DNA of 40,633 bases, from UHGV virus genome UHGV-0140992. One strand, written 5' to 3'. The stretch is from a virus. Shown here piece after piece: positions 31,781 through 40,633 of this stretch. Position numbers and translations under genes: made by a program. Below the pieces are notes generated by a model that was not told where the DNA came from, ran no database searches, and was given only the letters and a program-made list of their open reading frames with translations. How positions within the stretch are numbered: position 1 is the first letter of the stretch; every line of letters begins with the position of its first letter.

Positions 31781-34255
31781 TTATTGCGGAGTGACATCCT
31801 GTGGTCGCCACCAGTATGTCTGGTTAAACTCTTTCTTCGAACGTTGCTCCATTTTACGCAAATAACCTGGTGAAAAATACTCCTGCATCTGGTTAAAGAT
31901 CATGTGATCGAGAGCCGCCTTCAAGTACCAGAGATTCGCACCTGGCATCAGACCTTTCCCCAGCTTAACCAGATCACCACCAGTCTGCTCACTCTTCCCT
32001 TCCACAGCATTTAACGGTATGCCCTGAGCAATCTTCACTACGTCATCAACCAGACCAGCTACCGGGCCAAGCATCGACGCCAGCGCGCCGCTTCCGTACC
32101 TAGTGTGATCTGACAATAAAAAGTCACCGTAAAGGCCAAGACCACCACCTTTCAGTAGAGCACCAAGCCAAAATTTAGCAGCATCTTCTCCTGTCATCTC
32201 GCGAGGATTACGACCAGACGCAAGGTCGTTAAGTTGCTGCGACAAAGCGCCAAGAATGGTCGTACTGGCAATAAACGTCGCAATATATGCCGCACGCCCA
32301 CCAGCAGACGGCATACCCATAGCGCGTGACCAGTGACGCATAACCACCGAGATAGGGAACGATTTAAACAGGAAAACACTTCTCGTTAATTCACCTTTCC
32401 ATGTTCCACGCTGAATACCAGAACCGGTTATCAGTTGCTCACGTGCTCCCGGTGTAATAACAGCCATATCAACTTCTTCAGTTACGGCACCGAGCAGTTT
32501 ACGCATTGCCTCAAATTTCACGCGTTCAGGCTCACCAAGATGTTTAACTGCTGAATCAGGGATACGCATAATGCTTTCCGGTGTCAGCATCGTATTATTA
32601 CCGTTCCCCCAGTCCTCCTGTTTCGCCAGCTTCCATACGCTCCAGTCTGTGTCAGTAATCCCTTTGCTTTTCAGGATACGAAAATCAGAGTCATCGAGGC
32701 TACGAAGGTCTGGTGTACGTGACACTACTTCTCCCAGGCTTCCCATCATGGTTACGCCATAGGCGCGCTTGTGCGCATCTGACCATGCTGTAAGCCCACT
32801 GGCACGCATTACCGCCGTTGCCGCCCAACGAGACACTGACGGCCCCATATTATCCATCGCCCAGCGGTTAACGCTGCCAAGTAGAGATTCCATCGCCAGA
32901 CCAGCGCGGCGCGCCCGCGCAAGTTCTGTACGGTTCGTTGGGTCCATAGCTTCAAGCTGGTTGCGGAATAACTGGTTCATTGGAAGGTTGGTAACCTTCG
33001 CAGACAGATACATGGTTCCAAGATCAGAGAACGATGACAGCAACGCGGATCCGAGTCTGCTGGCAACCAGCCAGTTGCGGATATTGTCAGACCATCGCGC
33101 GATGTGCGGATTCGCTACAGGCTGTGTCTTTCCGGAAATAAAGTTGTACAGATTCTCTGTGTTGTTCGCCAGCCGCTCGACTTTACCGGTTTTACTCGGG
33201 TTAGCTGTTGCCGTTTCTGCCTTCACCTGATCAAGAAGAGAGCGGAAAACATGATCGGGGTTTGGGCCATATGTTTCCACCAGTGCAATATCTTTACTGA
33301 TACCTTCCAGGTGACCGACCATGATTTCCCATAGAGAGCGATCGCCATAAAGTTGCTGATATTGCAGATAGGAATCTGCATCTTTGAAATGTATCTGTCG
33401 TGATGCATTACCACGGTTAGCACGTGCGCCGGAAATTCGCATTCCGGTATCAGTAAGCTTATTCAGCCCACCAGTAGCGATCGTGTTATAAGCCTCTCCA
33501 AGAAATGAAGACAACTCGGCATCGTTCATCAGTTGTCCATCGGCTCGGATATAATATTTGCGATCCAGCTTACCTATAACATCGCTAACCCACTTATCCT
33601 TTGATACTGCCCCAACCTTTTCCATAGAATGATGTTGAGGGATCCCCCAGTTTTCGAGATAGCCAATGTCCCCACCAGCATCATTAAACCGGCGGCGCAG
33701 CAGCTCTGTAACTTCTCTCCACGCCTTAGCACCGTTTCTTGCTTTAGCATTGCCAGTATTTTGCCCCCGCATTTCATATACCAGGTCACGTACGCCCGCT
33801 TCATCTTCAAACAGACCAAAAAAGCGAGGATCAACTGCTTCGAATGCCTCCTGCAATTGACTCAATGCATAATCACGGGTGGCTTTTGTTCTGGATTCAA
33901 CAGAGAGGAAATTAGATTTACCGTCTGCATTAAAAGCTATAGTACGGTTAAGAGCGCCAAGTTTCCCATCAGCCCCTTGATAGCTATTGATAAATTTATC
34001 CAATCTCTGACGCGCGGCTATAGTGAGAGCCACACGACGTTTCTTTAATGCCGCTTCTCGCTGTAATTCTTCAGATGCCAATTGTGCTGCTCGATATAGC
34101 CGCTCTGATTCGGAAAGTTGTCTCCACGACATCGGGTCATCACGAGCAATGGAGCGCATATTTCGATAAATGCGGTCTTCAATGTTCTGTATTTCTCGCG
34201 CCGTTAACGTGCGCTGCGCCGCCTGCTGGACCGCTTGTATACATTCCTGTCTCAT
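31781..34255 (-). CDS. internal virion / ejection protein, 824 aa
   Basis: large co-oriented protein in the gp14-gp16-equivalent block after the tail tube genes. Confidence 0.55.
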   Translation of the reverse strand: MRQECIQAVQQAAQRTLTAREIQNIEDRIYRNMRSIARDDPMSWRQLSESERLYRAAQLASEELQREAALKKRRVALTIAARQRLDKFINSYQGADGKLGALNRTIAFNADGKSNFLSVESRTKATRDYALSQLQEAFEAVDPRFFGLFEDEAGVRDLVYEMRGQNTGNAKARNGAKAWREVTELLRRRFNDAGGDIGYLENWGIPQHHSMEKVGAVSKDKWVSDVIGKLDRKYYIRADGQLMNDAELSSFLGEAYNTIATGGLNKLTDTGMRISGARANRGNASRQIHFKDADSYLQYQQLYGDRSLWEIMVGHLEGISKDIALVETYGPNPDHVFRSLLDQVKAETATANPSKTGKVERLANNTENLYNFISGKTQPVANPHIARWSDNIRNWLVASRLGSALLSSFSDLGTMYLSAKVTNLPMNQLFRNQLEAMDPTNRTELARARRAGLAMESLLGSVNRWAMDNMGPSVSRWAATAVMRASGLTAWSDAHKRAYGVTMMGSLGEVVSRTPDLRSLDDSDFRILKSKGITDTDWSVWKLAKQEDWGNGNNTMLTPESIMRIPDSAVKHLGEPERVKFEAMRKLLGAVTEEVDMAVITPGAREQLITGSGIQRGTWKGELTRSVFLFKSFPISVVMRHWSRAMGMPSAGGRAAYIATFIASTTILGALSQQLNDLASGRNPREMTGEDAAKFWLGALLKGGGLGLYGDFLLSDHTRYGSGALASMLGPVAGLVDDVVKIAQGIPLNAVEGKSEQTGGDLVKLGKGLMPGANLWYLKAALDHMIFNQMQEYFSPGYLRKMEQRSKKEFNQTYWWRPQDVTPQ

Positions 34256-34260
34256 TTAAT

Positions 34261-36063
34261 TTAACCTCTCAAGAAACACGCCACAGCGACATCAAACAGG
34301 CTGGAATCCTGTATTGCCTGCTCACTTTCCCTGTTCGCTTCATCCAGTACTTCACGCGCGCTGCGCGATTGTGGATTACCATCATCATCCAGCACGGTGA
34401 TTATCATGTCCGGATATTCAAGCAGCGAGTCTTCAGCTATACGCAGATCAATATCTCCTGCCGGATCTGCCATCATTTTTTGTTCTGTCTGTTGCAATAT
34501 CTTACCGGGATCAAAAGGAGCTACTTCGTCTGGCGTCCTGACCTCTGCTGTTTTATAGAATGAAACAGCCTGAGCATTAAGTTCACTTTCTGCCTGCTGT
34601 CTCCGAGCCAGTTCTGCTCGAGCTTCAAAAAACTGACCGCCAGGCTCATGCGGTGCCAACGCGTTACGGGAAAATTCCAGGCGTTCTTGTGCCTGCCGGA
34701 TTCGTTGGTCAATATCCCGAAGTCTGGCCTGTTTATCTGATCGAGCACGAGACAAAGCTTTACCGCTACCGGCTGGATCTTCTGCAAGAATTTGTGCGCG
34801 CTGTTCAGTGAGATTTTCAATAATTCGTTGGCTATTAGCGATTTCAGACTGGTAAACCTGTCTATCGCCACGCGGCAAAAGCTGCGCGGCCTGTTCTTCA
34901 AGCAACCGATTTTCTATAGCGCGCGCCGTTACTCCATCATCTACAGATGACAGAGCCTCATTAACTGCCTGAGACAGCAGACTCTTGCGTCCAGGAATTT
35001 CACTGAAAGATGCAGACTCAACAATGCTGGCAACGTCTACAGGTCTCCCCTGGCTAACATCAGACATGGCTTTTCGCAGAGCCTGAATGTGCGAATTACG
35101 CGAAAGCACGTTGATCGGCACGCCGGGAGCAATATCAATTTCAGCATGATGAGCGGCATTCGCCGCCAGTGCAGCATCGATATCAACTGGTGAAAAATTT
35201 GGTGCGCTTGTAGACTCGCCGCGAGAGTTAATAAATCTGCCGACACCACCAAACGCCACCCCAAGAACAGCATCAATAGCAATTGCCTGTCGATCCAACA
35301 CATCATACTGGTTAGCCATTTCGCTATAGCCACCATCACGAAGCGTTTTTGCAGTAAGCCCACGCTGTGCCATACCGAACGCAATATTTGTACCTGCGGC
35401 ATAGGCAATATCTGGCGTTGCACGTACTGCTGTTGCTGCGGCGCGTCGCACTGAACTTTCACCCGTCCGCGCAAGCTGAGCCGCCACACCTTCCGCCAGC
35501 GCACCACCAGCACGTAACCCGAGGCTCATAGGGATCAGTGTTCCGGCACCAGCAGTAATACCCTGCACTAATCCCGCTTCCTGCGCCGTCCTGAAATCAA
35601 CACCCTGTGCTGTAAGCCGTTCAAACTCAGAAAAACCCTGTAGAGAAGTTACCGCCGCAGCACCTCCGACCGGACCACCGAGCGTTGTACCGACAACAGC
35701 CTGCCCGCCCATATCGAACAACCCATAAAGGACCTGCCCGGCGGTTCCGGTTGTCGCGGCATCAGGCGTCAGCCGCTTAACCTGCTGCTCTGCTAGTTTT
35801 CTCTGCTCAGCAATGTATGAAACTGAAGTGTCATTGATCGAGGTGTTTTCGTTAACAAACTGAGCAATCGGGGATACGATTTTATCCATCCCTGCCCATA
35901 GCAACTGATCTGGCTTTGCCACCAGCCCGGAGTACAAACCAGACAATGCCGCTCCTACAGCATTGTCGAAAAAACCAACATCGCTGTTAAAGCCAGCTGG
36001 ATTTGATGCTGCTTCGTCAAGCTGCTGATTCTGGTTTACTGGATTAAGGCCAAAGTAACTCAT
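34261..36063 (-). CDS. internal virion / ejection protein, 600 aa, Gly/Ala-rich
   Basis: glycine-zipper-like hydrophobic stretches; position in the ejection-protein block. Confidence 0.5.
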   Translation of the reverse strand: MSYFGLNPVNQNQQLDEAASNPAGFNSDVGFFDNAVGAALSGLYSGLVAKPDQLLWAGMDKIVSPIAQFVNENTSINDTSVSYIAEQRKLAEQQVKRLTPDAATTGTAGQVLYGLFDMGGQAVVGTTLGGPVGGAAAVTSLQGFSEFERLTAQGVDFRTAQEAGLVQGITAGAGTLIPMSLGLRAGGALAEGVAAQLARTGESSVRRAAATAVRATPDIAYAAGTNIAFGMAQRGLTAKTLRDGGYSEMANQYDVLDRQAIAIDAVLGVAFGGVGRFINSRGESTSAPNFSPVDIDAALAANAAHHAEIDIAPGVPINVLSRNSHIQALRKAMSDVSQGRPVDVASIVESASFSEIPGRKSLLSQAVNEALSSVDDGVTARAIENRLLEEQAAQLLPRGDRQVYQSEIANSQRIIENLTEQRAQILAEDPAGSGKALSRARSDKQARLRDIDQRIRQAQERLEFSRNALAPHEPGGQFFEARAELARRQQAESELNAQAVSFYKTAEVRTPDEVAPFDPGKILQQTEQKMMADPAGDIDLRIAEDSLLEYPDMIITVLDDDGNPQSRSAREVLDEANRESEQAIQDSSLFDVAVACFLRG

Positions 36064-38573
36064 TGCGGAATATCTCCGGAGAATCTCTGACGCTTCTGTG
36101 TCAGATTAAGAACAACGGGAGAACCATCATCTTTCAGCAGATAACCAGTACCAAGTTTCACCAGGTACTGACTATCGCCGTAACTTTGCAAACCATACTG
36201 ACCAGGCGGTGTTTTTATCCCGGAGCCGACAACTTGTTCATTCCAAGCCTGATTAACCTGCTTATCGAATTGCTCTGCAGACATTCCCCACGGCAAAAGG
36301 ACATTCCCCATTCCGTTATAGTCATGCACGCCACCTGTAGCTACGTTAACAGCCTGTTTCCAGACATCATTGTCAATTTCGCCTGATACCACGCCTTTTT
36401 TCGCCATCACACCAGCGTAATAATCCTTTGCGATCTCGTATGCCATTGATGCGCCCTGAGCGTCACCAGCAAATGCATCCTTCACCATGTCAGAAAACTC
36501 AAGGCGAAGATCAGCATCTTTAGGCATCGGAATACCTTTCGCATCATCAGTACCTTTACGAGCCGCCGCGCCAGCAAGAATTGTCTGCGCAGCGGTTTCA
36601 GGAGACACGGAAACATCCGGATTAAACCAGTTTTTTTCTGCCAAAATACCACCAGGCTTATCCATCAGTATCCCGGCAACGGCAGCAGATGGAGCGTTGG
36701 CACTGATCTGCTGTAGTGCTGACATATACACCTGCCCACCACCAGTGCTCTGCCTGATGGTATCGAGATATGCTGCCTGTTGGGAAACTGGAGCATCACG
36801 AAAGAAAACACCGATCTGATTGGCCTCGTCTTTGGAAAAGAACGTCAGTGGAGTGCCATATGACTTAGCAAGGTCACTGACCTGAGCGGCACGCAAGGCA
36901 ACGCTCTGTCCAAAGTTATCCTTATTGCTCATGTCGATAGGCTTTGCCTGTCGGGAGGCAAGAGAGAACTGCACAGGATCCGACTGCCGCTGCTTTATCA
37001 CCTGATTTGCAGCCGAAACAACGTTGTCATAAAGAGTTGCGCGTGCCGCATACCCCTCCCCTGTATCACCAGTATCCGGGCGTAATTGCTCAACATATGC
37101 TGTAATGCTGCTTGTCGGCATGTTGCGGAAAGAGCCTATATACTGTCCGGCGATCTGCGTATTCTTAAACTCGGTATATCGCAGGTTTCCTTCTCTGACT
37201 CCATAAGCTGCAATAAAATCATCCTCACCAGGTGGGTTAGGAAATTCAATGCCACGCATATACGCAGCCGTCGCATCGCGAACCCGGCTGTCGAGCATCG
37301 TTTTATATTCAGCCTGCTGTTGTCTGGCTAGTGCATCAGTCTGTCGCAACACGCTGGCCTGATCTGATTCACTTAAAGCATCGAACCAGGCTACACCGGT
37401 ATAACGTTTATTTTTTGTCGGTAGCTGAGAAAGCCCCAGCGCAGCACTAACACCTGCAGTTAACTGCTGATCACTGTATGGCTGGCTACCGTTTTCATGA
37501 TGGATAATGGCTGCACAAAGCGCCTTCAGGGTATCAGGATTTGATGCATCGAGAGGCTCATCAGCAGAAACGCCAAGTTGTTCGCACACTGCTTTGATAT
37601 ACGACATAGTGTCATTTTTATCAGTAGGCGGTGCCCAGCGATTAATTATCTCGCTGACGGTATCAATACCCTGCCGCTGATACGACATCAGGTTCCGCCC
37701 TAATGCACGAATACCGTGTTCAGGGGTTTCGAATTTGGCAAAGCGACCATCATCACCAGTCTGCCCAACCCACGGATTAGTTTTGCTGTATTCAAGATTG
37801 CCGGGGTTATTGTTGCGTATACCGCGGGTACGATCGGAAGAGCCACTATCTGCTACAGCACGGCGAGAACCAGCAGCAGTATCGCTTAACTCGCCGTTTT
37901 GCTGTCTTACCTGAAGATAGTTTGCTCCAATAGCATTTTGAGCAGTTGCTTTTGCTGTTGCTTCTTTAAACTCGATTTTCTTGGCCTGGATTTGCTCGTC
38001 ACTCCAGCCATGTGCAATGCCGTAATCCTCAATTTGCTGGAAAGTTTGCTTATTAGCCAATACGTATGCGGCGTTGTCGCCATACAATGCTGCGGCATTT
38101 TTACCATTGTTCAGCAGCGTAGCCTGAAACTGGCCTTCTTCGTAGGCATTTATTTGCCCTATCTCGTGCCGCCCGGCCTGCGTAGTGAACTGAATGCGCT
38201 GCTGCTGCGCCTGCTGCATGAAAGCATTACGAGCCTGTTCATCCGGCAGCGACATAGCCAGTTGTTCGACCTGAGCATCAAACTGCTGCGTATACTCCTG
38301 ACCTTTTCCAATAGCATTTTTCCCTTTCAGGTTAAGCAAACCTGTTTCAGGGTTATTCAGCAGATCGCTGCTTATCTGGCTTAAGCTAAGAGAAGCATCC
38401 TGAGCCATAGCAACATTCGCACGCTGTTTTGCCTGCGCAATAATACCTGCATATTGCTCTGCAACATCGCCAAGTACATCACCGACATTTGGTGTCTGAA
38501 ACGATGAGAATCCCTGCGTCGAAATCCCTCTGCTCTGAACCTGACGGCCCGATGTTGTTGGTACAACTGGCAT
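36060..38573 (-). CDS. internal virion protein, 837 aa, possible cell-wall-degrading domain
   Basis: position; conserved-looking GIRNNNPGNLEYS ... RFAKFETPEHGIRALGRNL block that I associate with virion-borne muralytic domains (recall, uncertain). Confidence 0.5.
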   Translation of the reverse strand: MPVVPTTSGRQVQSRGISTQGFSSFQTPNVGDVLGDVAEQYAGIIAQAKQRANVAMAQDASLSLSQISSDLLNNPETGLLNLKGKNAIGKGQEYTQQFDAQVEQLAMSLPDEQARNAFMQQAQQQRIQFTTQAGRHEIGQINAYEEGQFQATLLNNGKNAAALYGDNAAYVLANKQTFQQIEDYGIAHGWSDEQIQAKKIEFKEATAKATAQNAIGANYLQVRQQNGELSDTAAGSRRAVADSGSSDRTRGIRNNNPGNLEYSKTNPWVGQTGDDGRFAKFETPEHGIRALGRNLMSYQRQGIDTVSEIINRWAPPTDKNDTMSYIKAVCEQLGVSADEPLDASNPDTLKALCAAIIHHENGSQPYSDQQLTAGVSAALGLSQLPTKNKRYTGVAWFDALSESDQASVLRQTDALARQQQAEYKTMLDSRVRDATAAYMRGIEFPNPPGEDDFIAAYGVREGNLRYTEFKNTQIAGQYIGSFRNMPTSSITAYVEQLRPDTGDTGEGYAARATLYDNVVSAANQVIKQRQSDPVQFSLASRQAKPIDMSNKDNFGQSVALRAAQVSDLAKSYGTPLTFFSKDEANQIGVFFRDAPVSQQAAYLDTIRQSTGGGQVYMSALQQISANAPSAAVAGILMDKPGGILAEKNWFNPDVSVSPETAAQTILAGAAARKGTDDAKGIPMPKDADLRLEFSDMVKDAFAGDAQGASMAYEIAKDYYAGVMAKKGVVSGEIDNDVWKQAVNVATGGVHDYNGMGNVLLPWGMSAEQFDKQVNQAWNEQVVGSGIKTPPGQYGLQSYGDSQYLVKLGTGYLLKDDGSPVVLNLTQKRQRFSGDIPQ

Positions 38574-38585
38574 CTTATTATCCCC

Positions 38586-39125
38586 TTATCGACCGGTTGG
38601 AGTGCCAACAGCAGCAGAAATCGGCGCAGCCTTCTGAGAGAACGGGCTCCACGTTCCGCCGCCCATCTGGTATGCACCGTATGCTTTTAGTGGTGCCGTT
38701 AACAAAGTGCTGGTCATCGATGATTTAGCAGCCGACTGAGCAGCAGCCCCCTGTGCCTGAGCATTCATTCCCTGAACCTGATACCCATATGCCTCACGCT
38801 GAGCATTATTCACTGTCGTTAACGCATCAAGAGTGCCGAACTGAGCATTATCCGCAAAAACGTCAAGAGCTGTTCCGCTACTTAATTCCGCACCGGTAGC
38901 CCCCATAGTGGCCGCCGCAGTGCCTGAGCGTTGACGCATTTCACGACGACGCTGATCCGCTTCAATATTCCCACGATTGATTGAATCCTGTGCCTGAGCT
39001 TCAGCAATTTCAGCATTCCGATCAGCTATGGCTGACTGGTATTTTGCCTGCTTGCTCTGGCTGTACATTGACGCGGCTGTGGATGCCACTGTGACGGCAA
39101 CCAAAGCGATGGCTGGGTTACACAT
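38586..39125 (-). CDS. internal virion protein, 179 aa (gp14-like position)
   Basis: N-terminal hydrophobic helix then Ala/Gln-rich region. Confidence 0.4.
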   Translation of the reverse strand: MCNPAIALVAVTVASTAASMYSQSKQAKYQSAIADRNAEIAEAQAQDSINRGNIEADQRRREMRQRSGTAAATMGATGAELSSGTALDVFADNAQFGTLDALTTVNNAQREAYGYQVQGMNAQAQGAAAQSAAKSSMTSTLLTAPLKAYGAYQMGGGTWSPFSQKAAPISAAVGTPTGR

Positions 39126-39589
39126 TATTTTCTCTCCATGTGAAATCTGTGGAAATTAAGACCAAGAGCACCATAAGGCGCGGCTTCTTCAAGCCTGAAT
39201 CCAAGCCAGTGCAGCCATGCTTTGGCAACATGGTTTCGCTCGTCGACGTAGTTTTCCAGGCGCGGATAAACTGCCAGCATCTGCTGCAATACAGGGCGGC
39301 AGTGGCGAAGAAATGTCTTCTGATATTTTTCAATACGGCTGGTTCCTACCAGCCAGGGCGTACCATTGCCACCGATCATTGACGCCGGAGATACGCCAAA
39401 CATGGTTACCAGTTCTCCGTTCGCAAATCCTGACCAGGCCATAGTCGCAGTACGCAGACCAACACGCAGCGCATCTTCGGTAGTCATCAGTGATACCGCA
39501 TACAGTTCGTCAATATCAGCCTGACGAACATCCGGCAAAATCATCTGAAGATGCTCTTCGGTTGCGGGAATAATTTGAACATTGATCAT
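39125..39589 (-). CDS. virion protein, 154 aa (gp13-like position)
   Basis: position between tail tube B and internal virion proteins; stop/start overlaps. Confidence 0.4.
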   Translation of the reverse strand: MINVQIIPATEEHLQMILPDVRQADIDELYAVSLMTTEDALRVGLRTATMAWSGFANGELVTMFGVSPASMIGGNGTPWLVGTSRIEKYQKTFLRHCRPVLQQMLAVYPRLENYVDERNHVAKAWLHWLGFRLEEAAPYGALGLNFHRFHMERK

Positions 39590-40633
39590 CAGAACCCACC
39601 AACAGTAAGGCGAGGAATAACGGCAAGAACAGACAGCGGCAACGGATCAAGCTGACGGATTTTTACACGTCCGTTTTTGCCCCAGTTACTGTCCAGTTTC
39701 ACTTCTACTTTTCCGGTAGCATCATCAACAGGATCATCGTAGAACTCGAATTCACGCTGTGGATATTCGTACCATTTACCGCCGGGCGTAGTCGCCCAGA
39801 TGCCGCGACTGGCATTCACAACCAGAGTAACGGACGGGATCACCTGTTTTTTGTCCAGCAGCGTTTCCTGTCCGTTAATGTTGATATCCAGTGTTTCGAA
39901 TTCAGCAGTTATTGGCAGGCCGATGTGCACTACAGCCCCCGGTGATTCCAGCGTGACGGCACATCCGGAAACCACTTTCTGTGGTTCCACGTTCGCATCA
40001 GAGAGAATGTTTACGGTCTGGCCTTCAAGATGAGACAGGCCTCCAAATGTCCGGCGCGCCATCTGCCAGTTCGTGGTGGCCACATTCCTGAGGGATGGCG
40101 GGACGTTCCTGTTAGCACGAACCACTACAGCGGTATTGCTGGTTACAGAAATAATGTCGCAACGTAATTCTTTTGACACCTCATCGCCAGTATCAGGATC
40201 AGTTCCGGTATAAGGGAACTGTAGTTGCGCGCCGACATCACTACTGGTGAAGTACGCACCACCAGAAACACTGATTGTATATTCCGCGCGGTAATCCCAT
40301 TCGCCAGAACCACCAGTGATGATCATCGTTCTGTCAGACGTATTTCTTCCATCATAGCTAAGGCCAGAATCAACAAAGAAAGCATCTTCATCGCTGGTAA
40401 ATAAACGGCTGGACAGTCGCTCGATGTATCTCACTGTTTGCCCGTTAACGGTTCGGTTAACGACGAAATACACCGCATCTTCATTGCCTTCGCTGATACT
40501 GCATGTGCTTTCATATTTTCCGGTACTGGATTGTGGTGCCCATGCAAAAACCTGCTGATCACGCAAATAGGTCATCACCAGTAATTTACCGTCATCACGG
40601 ATGCAGAAGGCGCTGGAGTAAGGGACTATTGAG
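39589..40633 (-). CDS. tail tubular protein B-like, C-terminal part (continuation of the gene at 1..1427 across the window junction)
   Basis: frame of track ORF 39589..40578 stays open up to 40632 and joins the frame ending at position 1 through junction codon TTC; combined about 823 aa, comparable to T7 gp12 (794 aa). Confidence 0.55.
   Translation of the reverse strand, partial: SIVPYSSAFCIRDDGKLLVMTYLRDQQVFAWAPQSSTGKYESTCSISEGNEDAVYFVVNRTVNGQTVRYIERLSSRLFTSDEDAFFVDSGLSYDGRNTSDRTMIITGGSGEWDYRAEYTISVSGGAYFTSSDVGAQLQFPYTGTDPDTGDEVSKELRCDIISVTSNTAVVVRANRNVPPSLRNVATTNWQMARRTFGGLSHLEGQTVNILSDANVEPQKVVSGCAVTLESPGAVVHIGLPITAEFETLDININGQETLLDKKQVIPSVTLVVNASRGIWATTPGGKWYEYPQREFEFYDDPVDDATGKVEVKLDSNWGKNGRVKIRQLDPLPLSVLAVIPRLTVGGF

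Noticed and set aside
1-40633. CRISPR arrays, IS elements or transposases, Shiga toxin or other known toxin cargo, N/Q antiterminators
   Set aside because: Searched for by eye; no regularly spaced direct repeats, no transposase-like ORFs or terminal inverted repeats, and no recognisable toxin or antiterminator families.

Overview
The window reads as a complete, circularly permuted temperate phage genome (about 40.6 kb) of an enterobacterial podovirus; the linearisation point falls inside a gene, whose reading frame continues in frame from the window start to the window end. It combines a lambdoid early region, a P4-type integrase, a T7-like virion module and a K1 endosialidase tailspike. Minus strand, high to low coordinates: Cro-like regulator, O-like and P-like replication genes, a nin-like accessory block (DUF1064, two Ea22-like, DUF551), terminase small and large subunits, a plus-strand moron carrying tRNA-Arg(UCU), then portal, scaffold, capsid, tail tube A and B, internal virion proteins, the endosialidase tailspike, a lysis cassette (two holin-like proteins, GH19 endolysin, Rz/Rz1), and the integrase. 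Plus strand: a two-HTH CI-like repressor with no autocleavage domain, then a leftward operon with YqaJ-like exonuclease, RecT, an AlpA/Xis-like protein and an MT-A70 methyltransferase. The most interesting signals are (1) a 15-bp inverted repeat TTACC-N5-GGTAA present at the immunity region and at about 11 other intergenic sites, including directly upstream of the terminase, tailspike, integrase and antirepressor genes; (2) a near-consensus LexA box in front of a small antirepressor-like gene, implying SOS induction through an antirepressor; (3) a perfect 12-bp palindrome GTGACATGTCAC found three times at operon junctions; (4) an accessory island between the internal virion genes and the tailspike. 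All calls rest on reading the sequence and on recalled protein families; no database search was run, and hand-counted coordinates of short motifs may be off by 1-2 nt.
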